NCBI GenBank assembly: GCA_002796325.1
Contig: PCXA01000006.1
Span: 970-64,969 of the forward strand
Length of the DNA stretch: 64,000 bases
Direction of reading: 5' to 3'
DNA from: Deltaproteobacteria bacterium CG11_big_fil_rev_8_21_14_0_20_47_16
GTDB taxonomy: Bacteria; UBA10199; GCA-002796325; 1-14-0-20-47-16
Below the pieces are notes generated by a model. The model was not told the DNA's origin. It ran no database searches and saw only the letters and a program-made list of their open reading frames with translations. The translations under genes were made by a program, and so were the position numbers. Positions 19,400 to 29,090 of this stretch are shown here, piece by piece. How positions within the stretch are numbered: position 1 is the first letter of the stretch; each line of letters opens with the position of its first letter.

Positions 19400-20761
19400 G
19401 TGAAGAAAATCAGATTCATCACTGTGTGCATGCTTTTTGCCATCGTATTCTGGCATGCACCCGTACATGCGCAAAATGAGCCACCCACTGAAGATTCTCC
19501 TGAAGCATCTACTGAAGCAGAATCCATCGAATCAGGTACCGGTGCGCTTGAAACAGAAACAGAAAGCAACGCTTTTGATGAATCACTCGAAGAATTTCCT
19601 GGCTTCAAAAAGTTTTATAAAAATAGCCAGGTCACAGTAGTCCCCATTCCCGTTTTTGCCACCCAACCCGATGAAGGGCAAACCTACGGTGTAATGCCCA
19701 CAATTTTGATTACCAATAAATCAGGCAGTCGCATGAAGACAATCATTTCACCGCAAATTGCTTACAACACACTCACCCGCGTGATGGGCACAGCGGCCAT
19801 ACTGGTCTATCCAAGTAAAAATTCAACGCTCAGTGTTTTCGGTGGCGCCGCAGAGCGCTTCTATCAAGAATACGAAGTCATTTATAGTGACCAAAAAGCA
19901 TTTAATGGTGATTTTTATATTAACGTGGCATCACGATTTTATCGTAACCCATTCGGCCGTTTCTTTGGACTGGGTCCAACAAGTACCAAGGCATCAAAGG
20001 CCTACTTTACCGCCAATACCTATTTGGCAGAAACAACTATTGGTTATAATATTCTTCCACAGCTCCGTGTCAGTTCGATTGAACACTTCTATTATCAATC
20101 CCTGCGCAACCCACTCCCTGGCAAGAACCCAGATATTATAACAGCATTTGGCAATAGCAATGACGTGGCCAATGGACGCAACCTGACCAACTCAGTGGCA
20201 CTATCCTACAATAGCAATCGATTTAATTCGACGGCCATTCCCTTTTCCAAAACAGAAGCCAGCGGCGCATTTTTGTTCTCTAACAAGAAACTCGGCAGTG
20301 ATTTTAATTTCACCGGAACAGATTGGATGGTGAAACAAACCCTTAGTTACGGACCCAAGCGCTGGTTTTCGACTATAATTCGCTTCCACTATCGACAGGT
20401 CTTTGGCAGCACACTCCCCTTCTTTGAATTACCCAGCCTGGGCGGTGCCAACGAATTGCGTGGCTATACAGCGGGTCGATTTGTGGATAAAGGCATGGGC
20501 ATTTTGCAAATTGAACAACGTAATCACATCGCTCACATTGACTTTTTCCATCGCGCCGCTGGTGATTTGTATATCGACCCCTTCTTTGAAGTAGGCCAAG
20601 TCTTTCATGAAACCAGCGACTTTGCCTGGAATAATTTACAACCGGTAGGTGGTTTGGGTTTTCGTTTCTATATCCCTCCTGGGATGCTCGCCCGCGTGGA
20701 TGTTGGCTTTTCCCGCGAAGAAAACTTCCAGGTCTTTACCGTGTTGAACTATCCGTTCTAG
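19400..20761 (+). CDS. Omp85/BamA-TamA-like surface antigen barrel protein
   Basis: Signal peptide, LGG..ELRGY..GRF motif, GxGFRF..ARVDVG, C-terminal YPF. Confidence 0.8.
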   Translation: MKKIRFITVCMLFAIVFWHAPVHAQNEPPTEDSPEASTEAESIESGTGALETETESNAFDESLEEFPGFKKFYKNSQVTVVPIPVFATQPDEGQTYGVMPTILITNKSGSRMKTIISPQIAYNTLTRVMGTAAILVYPSKNSTLSVFGGAAERFYQEYEVIYSDQKAFNGDFYINVASRFYRNPFGRFFGLGPTSTKASKAYFTANTYLAETTIGYNILPQLRVSSIEHFYYQSLRNPLPGKNPDIITAFGNSNDVANGRNLTNSVALSYNSNRFNSTAIPFSKTEASGAFLFSNKKLGSDFNFTGTDWMVKQTLSYGPKRWFSTIIRFHYRQVFGSTLPFFELPSLGGANELRGYTAGRFVDKGMGILQIEQRNHIAHIDFFHRAAGDLYIDPFFEVGQVFHETSDFAWNNLQPVGGLGFRFYIPPGMLARVDVGFSREENFQVFTVLNYPF

Positions 20762-20813
20762 CCCGAATCTTGACATGTTTTGGGGGTGGTGTTAGCCACG
20801 CGCCCGAATCACT

Positions 20814-20887
20814 TGGGAGATCGTCTAATGGTAGGACGTCAGACTCTGACTCTGACTATCTAGGTTCGAATCCTAGTCTCCCAGCCA
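20814..20887 (+). tRNA. tRNA-Gln (anticodon CTG)
   Basis: Acceptor TGGGAGA/TCTCCCA, anticodon arm TCAGA-CTCTGAC-TCTGA, GGTTCGAATCC T-arm, encoded CCA; TTGACA at 20770. Confidence 0.96.
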
Positions 20888-20916
20888 AAACCCCAATCGC
20901 AAGATTGGGGTTTTTT
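20887..20916 (+). terminator. Rho-independent terminator after tRNA-Gln
   Basis: CCCCAATC-GCAA-GATTGGGG followed by T6. Confidence 0.85.
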
Positions 20917-21056
20917 ATTGGAGCTAGGATGAGAACCGCAGGTTCGACTACGCACCGGCCCAGTTTTTAGGGTCGGAATACAAATGAATGCCGAGCGGGC
21001 ACCCCGCAGCGCGGGGTCGCGAGGCATCTCCTTGCGGAGCACAGGCGTGAGCCTGT

Positions 21057-21074
21057 GAATCCTAGTCTCCCAGC
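21057..21074 (+). repeat. 18-bp direct repeat of tRNA-Gln 3' end (att-like)
   Basis: GAATCCTAGTCTCCCAGC identical to 20868-20885. Confidence 0.9.
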
Positions 21075-21286
21075 AGTGGCAAAAATGACACCTCTAAATC
21101 GCGCTTGGAATTTTTGAACCACAAATCAACTCTGCAATCGTACCCTGCTGCCGAAGTAGGCCGAATATAAAGACACCCATCGTAAGACGACTTATCAACA
21201 AACTCCTGATAATCACATCGGTGGTGCAAATAATTTTTGTAATTTTATCTTCGACATTGCAACTCAAGCTCCTTTCATTATCACCC

Positions 21287-22375
21287 TCAATGAAACAACC
21301 GCTTCAGCCCGCGTTCGATTGACTTTCCACCCTTCTCAATCGGTTTGGTCACGTCTTTTCCCACATGACCCACATCTTTGATAATAGTAACCGGCGCATT
21401 GCCTGCGGCGCGTGCCACCAACTCTGCGGCAATATTTTTAGACAGCCCCGTCGCAATAGAAAAATTGCCGGTATTCAAATCCCCACTCACAGTCACATTA
21501 AATACAATGGGCCCTGAATGCGCGAGAATGAACTTGTTCACCAACGCACCTTCCAATCCGCCACCGAGTCGTAGACCCGTTAACACCACATGGTTGGTCG
21601 ATTTAAACTGGCCATTCGTCGCCGTTCCTTTGATTGCCACTGACACCGACCCACCCACCACAGGGAATGGCACCTGCCCAGCATAATAAGGTGCAAAAAT
21701 ACCAACCGGCGCAGAGGTCATCTTGCCCTTCACATCAAACGAAATGCCTTCACCAAACAAACTCGCATCTCCTGTTACATGAATCTTTGAAGAGGTGTTT
21801 GCAATCGCTGCACTAAAATCAATCGAAGTTGGCAACTGTCCGTCGTGGCGTGCCGGTCGAATATCTTCAACCGTAACATTCACATCCTGCAATTCCATAT
21901 GCATGCCCTGGCGACGGTCTTCATACACCACATCACCGTTCTTGATCTTCACGTCATCCACCTGCACCTTCGCATGAATGGGTTTCACACCTGTCCAGTT
22001 GCTCGTGTCATTCCCTTCAGCAATATAGGTAATCTTGGGATCAACCAACAACACCTCATTGATATAGAGCTCCTTATGCAGCAGTGAAAACAATGAAAGC
22101 TTCACATACATCTCATCAGCCGATGCCAACAACTGATCATCGGTTTCTTTACCTGCGGGGAAGATTTTGACATGATTCAATTTGATCGATGCACGAAGCG
22201 CACTAAAATGATAACTCCCAATTTGCAATGCAACGCCAGCCACATTATGACGTTCGGCCTCAATAACACCACTTGCGATATTTGTAATCACAACACCCAA
22301 CACATAATAAAACAGAAAAAAAGCAACCACTGCAATGCCAGCTGCATATCGACCACTCAGCTTTTTCTGATTCAT
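21287..22375 (-). CDS. DUF748/AsmA-like protein
   Basis: N-terminal TM anchor then repetitive beta-rich sequence typical of AsmA-like proteins. Confidence 0.7.
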   Translation of the reverse strand: MNQKKLSGRYAAGIAVVAFFLFYYVLGVVITNIASGVIEAERHNVAGVALQIGSYHFSALRASIKLNHVKIFPAGKETDDQLLASADEMYVKLSLFSLLHKELYINEVLLVDPKITYIAEGNDTSNWTGVKPIHAKVQVDDVKIKNGDVVYEDRRQGMHMELQDVNVTVEDIRPARHDGQLPTSIDFSAAIANTSSKIHVTGDASLFGEGISFDVKGKMTSAPVGIFAPYYAGQVPFPVVGGSVSVAIKGTATNGQFKSTNHVVLTGLRLGGGLEGALVNKFILAHSGPIVFNVTVSGDLNTGNFSIATGLSKNIAAELVARAAGNAPVTIIKDVGHVGKDVTKPIEKGGKSIERGLKRLFH

Positions 22376-22451
22376 AGTCCCCCCAATGCAAATGTGACTC
22401 ACGAGTTTATCTTACTGGACAGATATTGGCAACGTGGGTATTGAAGCCCGC

Positions 22452-22889
22452 GTGAATCGCATTTTATTTATTCTTGTTTTGGGAATCAGCCTTACGTCCC
22501 AGGCCGCAACGCCATCCATCATTGGCCAGTGGCGCACCATCGATGATGAAACAGGAAAGCCCTCTTCCATAGTCGATATCTTTAAAGTTGGTAGCGAATA
22601 CCGCGGCAAGGTCATCCAACTCATCAACCCGGACGAACCCAACCCGACTTGCCACAACTGCCCTGGCGACAAAAACGGCAAGCCCGTGGTTGGACTTGAA
22701 ATCCTGTGGGGCATGAAGGAAACCAAACCCAATGATGAATGGGCCGACGGCCGCATCCTGGACCCCCGCAAGGGCAAGACCTACAAATGCCGCATGCGGC
22801 TCATGCCGGGGGGCAACACCTTAAGCGTCCGCGGGTTTATTGGATTTAGCCTCCTAGGGCGCAGTCAAAACTGGTATCGAGCCCAATAA
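22452..22889 (+). CDS. DUF2147 family exported protein
   Basis: G.W.TIDD.TG, C..C, GRILDP.KGKTY, VRGFIG..LLGRSQ.W. Confidence 0.88.
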   Translation: MNRILFILVLGISLTSQAATPSIIGQWRTIDDETGKPSSIVDIFKVGSEYRGKVIQLINPDEPNPTCHNCPGDKNGKPVVGLEILWGMKETKPNDEWADGRILDPRKGKTYKCRMRLMPGGNTLSVRGFIGFSLLGRSQNWYRAQ

Positions 22890-22997
22890 TTCCACAAAAT
22901 TTACTTGATTTAATATTAACCTTGCAACATTAATACTTAATCTTTTAAAATTAATTGTTATTTACTTAAAAATAACAAAACCATCCAGGAGACCCAG

Positions 22998-24440
22998 ATG
23001 AGCGACACCTCTCTACGTAACTTTCTCGAAATTCCCTACGACACACTTGAAGAACTCAATCTCGAAGCCAAAGAAAAGGTCGCCAAAGGCACCCCAGATG
23101 AAAAACTGCAGGAGTACTACCTTAAATATCTTGCCGATGAAAAACGCATCAAGGCCGTGACCGTCTGTTTCAGCGACATTGAAGGCCGCCTGCACATGCT
23201 GGACTATGATAAAAAGTTCTTACTCAAATCTCATGACAATCTTACCTTCGACGGCTCTTCCATTCGCGGATTCTCACAAGTGCGTGAATCCGATTTGCGT
23301 TTGGTTGTGGACTGGGGATCATTCCGTTGGTTGCCCAGCGATGTCTTCGGTCCTGGCAAAGTGATTGTATTTGGGCTGGTTCAAGACCGTGAAGGCGTCA
23401 ACTATGAATCTGACATGCGCGGTCGCCTCAAACATTTTTGTGACACGCTCCAAAAGAATCAAGGCCTTGTTGCAAACATCTCAGTCGAATGTGAAGGGTT
23501 TTTATTTGAAGGCATTAATGCTGAACAAAGCTTTAACCCACGTGATGGATTCAAACTAGTTTCAAGTGGCGGTTACTATAATTCCTTACCCAAAGATCCA
23601 CTCAAGCTCTTCATCGACACCTTTGCTGAAGCCCAACGCGCCATGGGATTCGAAAATGAAAAAGATCATCCCGAAGTTGCGCCATCCCAATTTGAACTCA
23701 ACTATTCATATTGCCATGCATTACAAGCTGCGGATCAGCTACAACTCTACAAACTACTTGCCCGCCAAGTCGCAGCCAACATGGGAATGACAGCCAGCTT
23801 TCTGCCAAAGCCCATCGCCGGCATCAACGGCAGCGGCATGCATTGCAATATGTCGCTTTCCAAGAATGGCAAAAATATTTTCTGGGACGCCAATGGTGAA
23901 GAAAAGATTTCAAAAGAAGCTTGGGACTTTGTTGACCGCATCTTAAACAATGCAAATGACATTTGCTTAACACTCAATCCTAGCGTCAACGCCTATCGTC
24001 GCCTGGATCCTCATTACGAAGCACCCAACCAGATCAAATCATCACCGGTGGATCGCACATCCATGGTGCGCATCCCGTTGGGCAATGAGAAGTCAGCACG
24101 CATCGAAGTGCGCACAGTTGCACCCGATGCCAACCCCTACATGGCCTTCTTGACACTATTGGGTACCGGACTAAATGGCCCCATGACAGAAACGATTACC
24201 TCTGAAAGTCGTCGGACGCGTACAAAGTTTTTGCCCGACAACATTTATGATGGCATTCGTCTTATGAAGGCGAGCACATTCATGTCTGAACTCTTGGGCC
24301 CCGAAACGGCGGACAAATATATTCAACGCAAGATTGCAGCCGCTGAACGCTGCCCCAAAGAATTGGGCACCATGGTGAAAATGGGCGAAGTCCTCTTCCA
24401 CCACGAGGTAACCAACCAGTACCTTTGGAGCCAATTTTAA
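22998..24440 (+). CDS. glnA: Glutamine synthetase (type I family)
   Basis: FDGSSI, HPEVAPSQFE, PKP..GINGSGMH, NAYRRL, RIEVR. Confidence 0.92.
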   Translation: MSDTSLRNFLEIPYDTLEELNLEAKEKVAKGTPDEKLQEYYLKYLADEKRIKAVTVCFSDIEGRLHMLDYDKKFLLKSHDNLTFDGSSIRGFSQVRESDLRLVVDWGSFRWLPSDVFGPGKVIVFGLVQDREGVNYESDMRGRLKHFCDTLQKNQGLVANISVECEGFLFEGINAEQSFNPRDGFKLVSSGGYYNSLPKDPLKLFIDTFAEAQRAMGFENEKDHPEVAPSQFELNYSYCHALQAADQLQLYKLLARQVAANMGMTASFLPKPIAGINGSGMHCNMSLSKNGKNIFWDANGEEKISKEAWDFVDRILNNANDICLTLNPSVNAYRRLDPHYEAPNQIKSSPVDRTSMVRIPLGNEKSARIEVRTVAPDANPYMAFLTLLGTGLNGPMTETITSESRRTRTKFLPDNIYDGIRLMKASTFMSELLGPETADKYIQRKIAAAERCPKELGTMVKMGEVLFHHEVTNQYLWSQF

Positions 24441-24505
24441 CAGCGCCAACCACTTGTAATATATAGACAACACCCCTAAACCCCAGGTGTGGAATGCCAT
24501 TGAAC

Positions 24506-24531
24506 GCAACATTTATTGCGCTTGGTCGATA
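24506..24531 (+). promoter_or_regulatory. sigma28-like promoter GCAAC-N15-TCGATA
   Basis: GCAACATTTATTGCGCTTGGTCGATA, 48 nt upstream of ATG 24579. Confidence 0.6.
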
Positions 24532-24578
24532 CCCACTATGCAATTGACAGTCGGCTTTTCGGGCGGCATGGGTGGCTT

Positions 24579-26321
24579 ATGAGCGGTTGGATTCAAAATT
24601 TGGGGCAACTTTTTGTGGCGGCATCTGTACCCGACCCATATCCTTCATCAACACCGTCTATTGCAAAGTCATTCATGGAAATGATCTTTCCATCGTCATT
24701 CAAAGTGGCGCCACCACCCAACAAGTTTGATTATGAAATAGCGGTTTCTAGAGGTGCAATACTCTTTGGTGGCGGATGCACACCATACGGGTTACCTCAC
24801 AACCAAGAGTACACAGTTAACTTTGATGCCGATGCTCATGATGGCACACTCATAGACGACACCACCGACACAACTTCGCCTGACACATCCATCATCACAG
24901 TGGATACCGATGCAAGCACAGACTTTGATGTGGATATTCAAGATACAACACCCACTGACACAGTAGATGCCAGTGAGGATGCTGATACGCCTGACACCAC
25001 ACCCGTTGATGCAGCAGAAGAAACAAACGCGCCCGACATAGACGACACAACGGCCAATCCAGACACTAAAACCCCTGACACTGATTTACCCGATACCAAC
25101 ACACCAGATATCACAACCGATGCACCTGCAGATACTCAAGTCGTTGACACAACACCCGACACCACGATCGATACAAACAACGATACAGATACCCCCGTTC
25201 AACCCAGCTGTTCACTCAAAGTTGCATTACCCGCAAATTGCAGCATCAGCAGCATTGATGCAGGGCAATTTGCAACAATCGCTGTCAAGAATGGTACAAT
25301 CTGGGGATGGGGTAGTCTCAGCTATGTCACCACGCTCGAACAAGCACTGATTGACTCAAACACCCCCCAAAAGATTGATGGGTTCTCCAATATCACACAA
25401 GCAGATCTAGGACTCACTCACATGTGCACACTTGATCAAAACAGTGACGTCTCATGTGTGGGAGATAACTTCTTTGGTCAATTGGGGGATGGTACTTTAA
25501 AAAGCAAAACCAAACCCAGCAAAACCCAAGTGCCCGTCAAAATCATTGGTTTAAGTGTTGGGGACTTTCATGCCTGCGCGTGGGATGCAGGTGGAAAAGC
25601 CTACTGCTGGGGTTATAATAAATTTTCACAATTTGGACTAAACCAACTTGTCCTCGCAAACACACCTCAAGTCATTCCTCTCTCATTTGGCGTAAAAAAT
25701 ATCTATGCAAGCGCACTCTTCACAATTTTCCAAAACGCTGTTTCAACTGCGGTGTGTGGGGACAACAGCGCGGGCCAATTAGGGCTATACGACGCTGCAG
25801 ATCTTCCAAATCCTGAAACCCAAACCACACCTGCAACGGCCATTTATAAGGGCATTGATCACTTTGCAACCGGTAGCAACTTCACAGTCATTCAAAATCA
25901 AAACTGTTCAGTTGAAGCCCGCGGCGGCAATGAAGTGTGTCAGCTAGGTCAGAATTTGGACAACAAAAAAACACTCACCGCAAAATCCATTGGCATTTCA
26001 TTTGCGCCCAACATTACCATTGCAGAAATTTTTGCACATGGTCGCACTGGATGTGCCCTCACCACAGATGGTGCCCTCTATTGTTGGGGAAGTAATGAAT
26101 ATGGTCAAACCGGGACCGGTAGCAGCGATGCAATGGTATGCAGCCCCACGTTGGTCAAAGGTCTCTCTGCTCCTGTTGTAAAGGTGGCCGTCGGTGATTA
26201 TCATACCTGTATCGTAGACACCGCGTGTAAAGTGTATTGCGCAGGCCTCAACAATCATCACCAGCTGGGTAATGCCAATGTACCACAGTCCAACGCCTTC
26301 ATACCCACATCCGGATTTTAA
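24579..26321 (+). CDS. RCC1/BLIP-II repeat protein with Asp/Thr/Pro-rich linker
   Basis: Repeated H(T/A)C...(V/L)YCWG.N..GQLG units; low-complexity DT/P linker. Confidence 0.85.
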   Translation: MSGWIQNLGQLFVAASVPDPYPSSTPSIAKSFMEMIFPSSFKVAPPPNKFDYEIAVSRGAILFGGGCTPYGLPHNQEYTVNFDADAHDGTLIDDTTDTTSPDTSIITVDTDASTDFDVDIQDTTPTDTVDASEDADTPDTTPVDAAEETNAPDIDDTTANPDTKTPDTDLPDTNTPDITTDAPADTQVVDTTPDTTIDTNNDTDTPVQPSCSLKVALPANCSISSIDAGQFATIAVKNGTIWGWGSLSYVTTLEQALIDSNTPQKIDGFSNITQADLGLTHMCTLDQNSDVSCVGDNFFGQLGDGTLKSKTKPSKTQVPVKIIGLSVGDFHACAWDAGGKAYCWGYNKFSQFGLNQLVLANTPQVIPLSFGVKNIYASALFTIFQNAVSTAVCGDNSAGQLGLYDAADLPNPETQTTPATAIYKGIDHFATGSNFTVIQNQNCSVEARGGNEVCQLGQNLDNKKTLTAKSIGISFAPNITIAEIFAHGRTGCALTTDGALYCWGSNEYGQTGTGSSDAMVCSPTLVKGLSAPVVKVAVGDYHTCIVDTACKVYCAGLNNHHQLGNANVPQSNAFIPTSGF

Positions 26322-26485
26322 CTTCTTATTAGACCATCTCGCCAATAACATAATGTCGCCTATGCGGTGAGTCTTCTAAGGGAACACCTACCGAACTTTG
26401 TTGCCTCACGCAGCATGCCGATCCAACTTTTCACACTGTGGCCGCCGTATAAGTGGTTGTGGGGTGTGACGATACGGCCGAGTCG

Positions 26486-26989
26486 TTATTGATTTACTGC
26501 ATAGGCTGCGCGTGCCATTGTGAGATACGGCATTGGATTTACAGCAAATGTGTAGTGCCTCACTTCAAAATGTAAATGCGATCCCGTTGATGAACCAGTT
26601 GAACCCATTTTTGCAATCAATGTTCCAGCAGCAACCTTATCGCCTTCTTTCACAAGCGCTTCAGACAAATGAGCGTATCGTGTCGTCCATCCATGACCAT
26701 GATCAATGACAACCATCAATCCATAGCCACGTTCACGTTCTACACTAACAACCGTACCGGCACCTGACGCTTCAATATCGGTTCCCTTTTCATTCGCGAT
26801 ATCCACACCTGCATGCATGCAATGTCCACCACGAATTGGGTGCTTGCGAAATCCAAAATCAGATGTAAAGCGTCCTTCAGTGGGCATCACCTGAACTGCA
26901 GTATTTTGAGTAGATGAAGGAATATTCCAAGCAGAATGCCCCATACCCATTGAAAGCCCTGTCATAATAATTGCCAATAACTGTATCAT
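26486..26989 (-). CDS. M23 family peptidoglycan endopeptidase
   Basis: HAGVD, YAHL, STGSHLHFE; signal peptide; SD AGGGGG. Confidence 0.92.
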   Translation of the reverse strand: MIQLLAIIMTGLSMGMGHSAWNIPSSTQNTAVQVMPTEGRFTSDFGFRKHPIRGGHCMHAGVDIANEKGTDIEASGAGTVVSVERERGYGLMVVIDHGHGWTTRYAHLSEALVKEGDKVAAGTLIAKMGSTGSSTGSHLHFEVRHYTFAVNPMPYLTMARAAYAVNQ

Positions 26990-27024
26990 TCTCTCCCCCT
27001 TGGTTAACTTGCGGGGGCTTATAG

Positions 27025-27040
27025 AGCAAGGGCCATGCCA
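27025..27040 (-). promoter_or_regulatory. sigma54 (-24/-12) promoter
   Basis: TGGCATGGCCCTTGCT. Confidence 0.8.
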
Positions 27041-27133
27041 GCCAACTGACTTTAAATGCGCCCTGAGAGCACATACTGGGGACTCCATTCCTTGGACTTC
27101 TGAGATTTCAGGTAAAGCAGGGGTATTTTGGGG

Positions 27134-27658
27134 TCAAAGCCCATCGTTTTTAGCCAAAATCACGGTATTTTTGGGATATAGTGCCTCTAAATAGGGTATT
27201 GGATCGATAGAATGCCCCTGAAACCGCAGTTCAAAGTGTAAATGCGAACCTGTCGCCACACCACTGGCCCCCATTCGCCCAATAATCGCCCCTGACCAGA
27301 CATAATCCCCAGCTTTAAGCGATGTACTGGCCAGATGGGCATAACGGCTCTGCCAGCCATTTCCATGGTCAATTTCGACCATCAAACCATAGCCCCCCTG
27401 AAAACCGATGCGTCGAATCCGGCCAGCAGCGGCAGCGTAAATGAGACTGGCGTATTTGTTGGCAATATCAATGCCCTGATGCTGCCGATGAAACCTGAGA
27501 ACAGGATGATACCGAACACCAAAGATGGATGTGATGATCCCTTCCGCAGGAAGGTGAGCCACAATTGTGGGATGGAGCTGTTGCACCGTTGCAGAATTGA
27601 ACGGCGCCAGTGGACCAACTGTTAAGATTTGCAACAATACCGCAGCAATCAGATTCAT
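27134..27658 (-). CDS. M23 family peptidoglycan endopeptidase (paralog)
   Basis: HQGID, YAHL, ATGSHLHFE. Confidence 0.9.
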   Translation of the reverse strand: MNLIAAVLLQILTVGPLAPFNSATVQQLHPTIVAHLPAEGIITSIFGVRYHPVLRFHRQHQGIDIANKYASLIYAAAAGRIRRIGFQGGYGLMVEIDHGNGWQSRYAHLASTSLKAGDYVWSGAIIGRMGASGVATGSHLHFELRFQGHSIDPIPYLEALYPKNTVILAKNDGL

Positions 27659-27670
27659 GCACGCATACTC

Positions 27671-27686
27671 AGCAAGCATGATGCCA
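27671..27686 (-). promoter_or_regulatory. sigma54 (-24/-12) promoter
   Basis: TGGCATCATGCTTGCT. Confidence 0.75.
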
Positions 27687-27692
27687 ATTCAG

Positions 27693-27754
27693 TGTTCCAA
27701 AAATTGAAATCATTTCTGAATCATGAACAAACTGTTCTAGCTTCGGAACAGTTT
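27693..27754. promoter_or_regulatory. Three tandem TGTTC-N8-GAACA-like sites (candidate enhancer)
   Basis: TGTTC-N8-GAAAT 27693, ATTTC-N8-GAACA 27712, AAACTGTTC-N8-GAACAGTTT 27729-27754. Confidence 0.55.
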
Positions 27755-27833
27755 TGAAAAAAACTGATCCAAAAAACCCATTCAAGTTACTTTACGATTG
27801 ACGCTTCACAAAAAATTTACGTAGTGCAGCGAC

Positions 27834-29090
27834 ATGGCAACACTCATCATCAAACGTGATCGCATCCCCATTCTACGCTACCCACTCAATGGATCACCCA
27901 TTCATATTGGCCGTGATGATGCGAGTGACATTATGTTATTGGGTGACGCTGTGTCGCGCCAACACGGCATCATCGCCCCAGAGAATGGGGCATATCGCTA
28001 TACCAACTTGGGACGCAATGGCACCATACTCGCAGGTCGTAACATCCGGGATCATCGGCTGCAGGCAGGCGACATCTTGCGCATTGCGGATTGGGAGTTA
28101 CAGTTTTTAACCACGGACACAGTACCCACAACCGAAACCATTGTCCAGAAGAGGACATCAAACAACCCTACACCATCACATACCCTTGTCGGTGACAGTG
28201 CTGCCATTAAAACACTGCGTGAACAAATCAGTCGCATTGCGCACACCGCTGCACCGGTTTGCATCACAGGTGAAACGGGCTCAGGTAAAGAAGTCGTCGC
28301 CCACGCCATCCATGCAGAAAGCACGCGGTCCCAAAAACCATTTGTGGCGGTCAATTGCGGCGCCATTCCTGCCAGCATGATTGAAAGCGAGTTATTTGGC
28401 TATGAGCGCGGTGCATTTACTGGCGCCGTTCGTGACCACCGCGGTTATTTTGAACAGGCCAATGGCGGCACCATTTTTCTGGATGAGATTGGTGAGTTAC
28501 CACTGGAATTGCAAACGCGCTTCTTACGTGTATTGGAAACGGGGAGCTTTCGTCGCATTGGATCGCAGTCCAATGTGACTGCAGATTTTCGCATCATCTG
28601 CGCAACACATCGCAACTTGCAACAGGCCATTAAAGAAGGAACGTTCCGCGAAGATCTTTTCTTTCGGTTGTTTGTACTACCACTCAACTTGCCCCCGCTC
28701 CGCAATCGAACAGGCGACATCCCACTGTTGGTTGCGCATTTCTCTACACTCTTTGGGCGCACGTCTGTCAATTGGTCTGAAGAGGCCATGGCCAAATTGA
28801 TTCACTACAGTTGGCCGGGTAATGTACGAGAACTAAAAAACACCGTTCAGCGCGCACTCGTCTTGGCAACACATCATACAATTGGTGAAAATGACATCTC
28901 ACTACTCCAAAGCAATACCGCGGCACCATGCACAGGCAATATGGCAGATCATGAACGCGCAGTCATTATGAGCACATTGCAACAACACGGTGGCAATAAG
29001 ACGCAAACCGCTGCCACATTGGGCATTTCACGCACCACGCTGATTGCTAAAATCAAACGTTATAATATTGAGTTATCTGAATCGTATTAG
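27834..29090 (+). CDS. FHA-domain sigma54-dependent transcriptional activator
   Basis: FHA (IGR..VSRQH..NGT), Walker A GETGSGKE, GAFTGA, FLDEIGE, WPGNVREL, Fis-type HTH. Confidence 0.95.
   Translation: MATLIIKRDRIPILRYPLNGSPIHIGRDDASDIMLLGDAVSRQHGIIAPENGAYRYTNLGRNGTILAGRNIRDHRLQAGDILRIADWELQFLTTDTVPTTETIVQKRTSNNPTPSHTLVGDSAAIKTLREQISRIAHTAAPVCITGETGSGKEVVAHAIHAESTRSQKPFVAVNCGAIPASMIESELFGYERGAFTGAVRDHRGYFEQANGGTIFLDEIGELPLELQTRFLRVLETGSFRRIGSQSNVTADFRIICATHRNLQQAIKEGTFREDLFFRLFVLPLNLPPLRNRTGDIPLLVAHFSTLFGRTSVNWSEEAMAKLIHYSWPGNVRELKNTVQRALVLATHHTIGENDISLLQSNTAAPCTGNMADHERAVIMSTLQQHGGNKTQTAATLGISRTTLIAKIKRYNIELSESY

Noticed and set aside
21096-21270. Short minus-strand ORF behind an AAGGAG near the tRNA repeat
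   Set aside because: Under 60 aa, poor SD spacing, no recognisable motif
22425-22447. TTGGCA upstream of DUF2147 as sigma54 promoter
   Set aside because: No GC at the required -12 spacing
24840-25200. GACAC/GATAC-rich quasi-repeats
   Set aside because: Explained by the Asp/Thr/Pro low-complexity linker, not a DNA repeat array
26322-26485. Possible ncRNA between convergent RCC1 and M23 genes
   Set aside because: Only partial pairing (GCCGTAT/ATACGGC), no promoter or family signature
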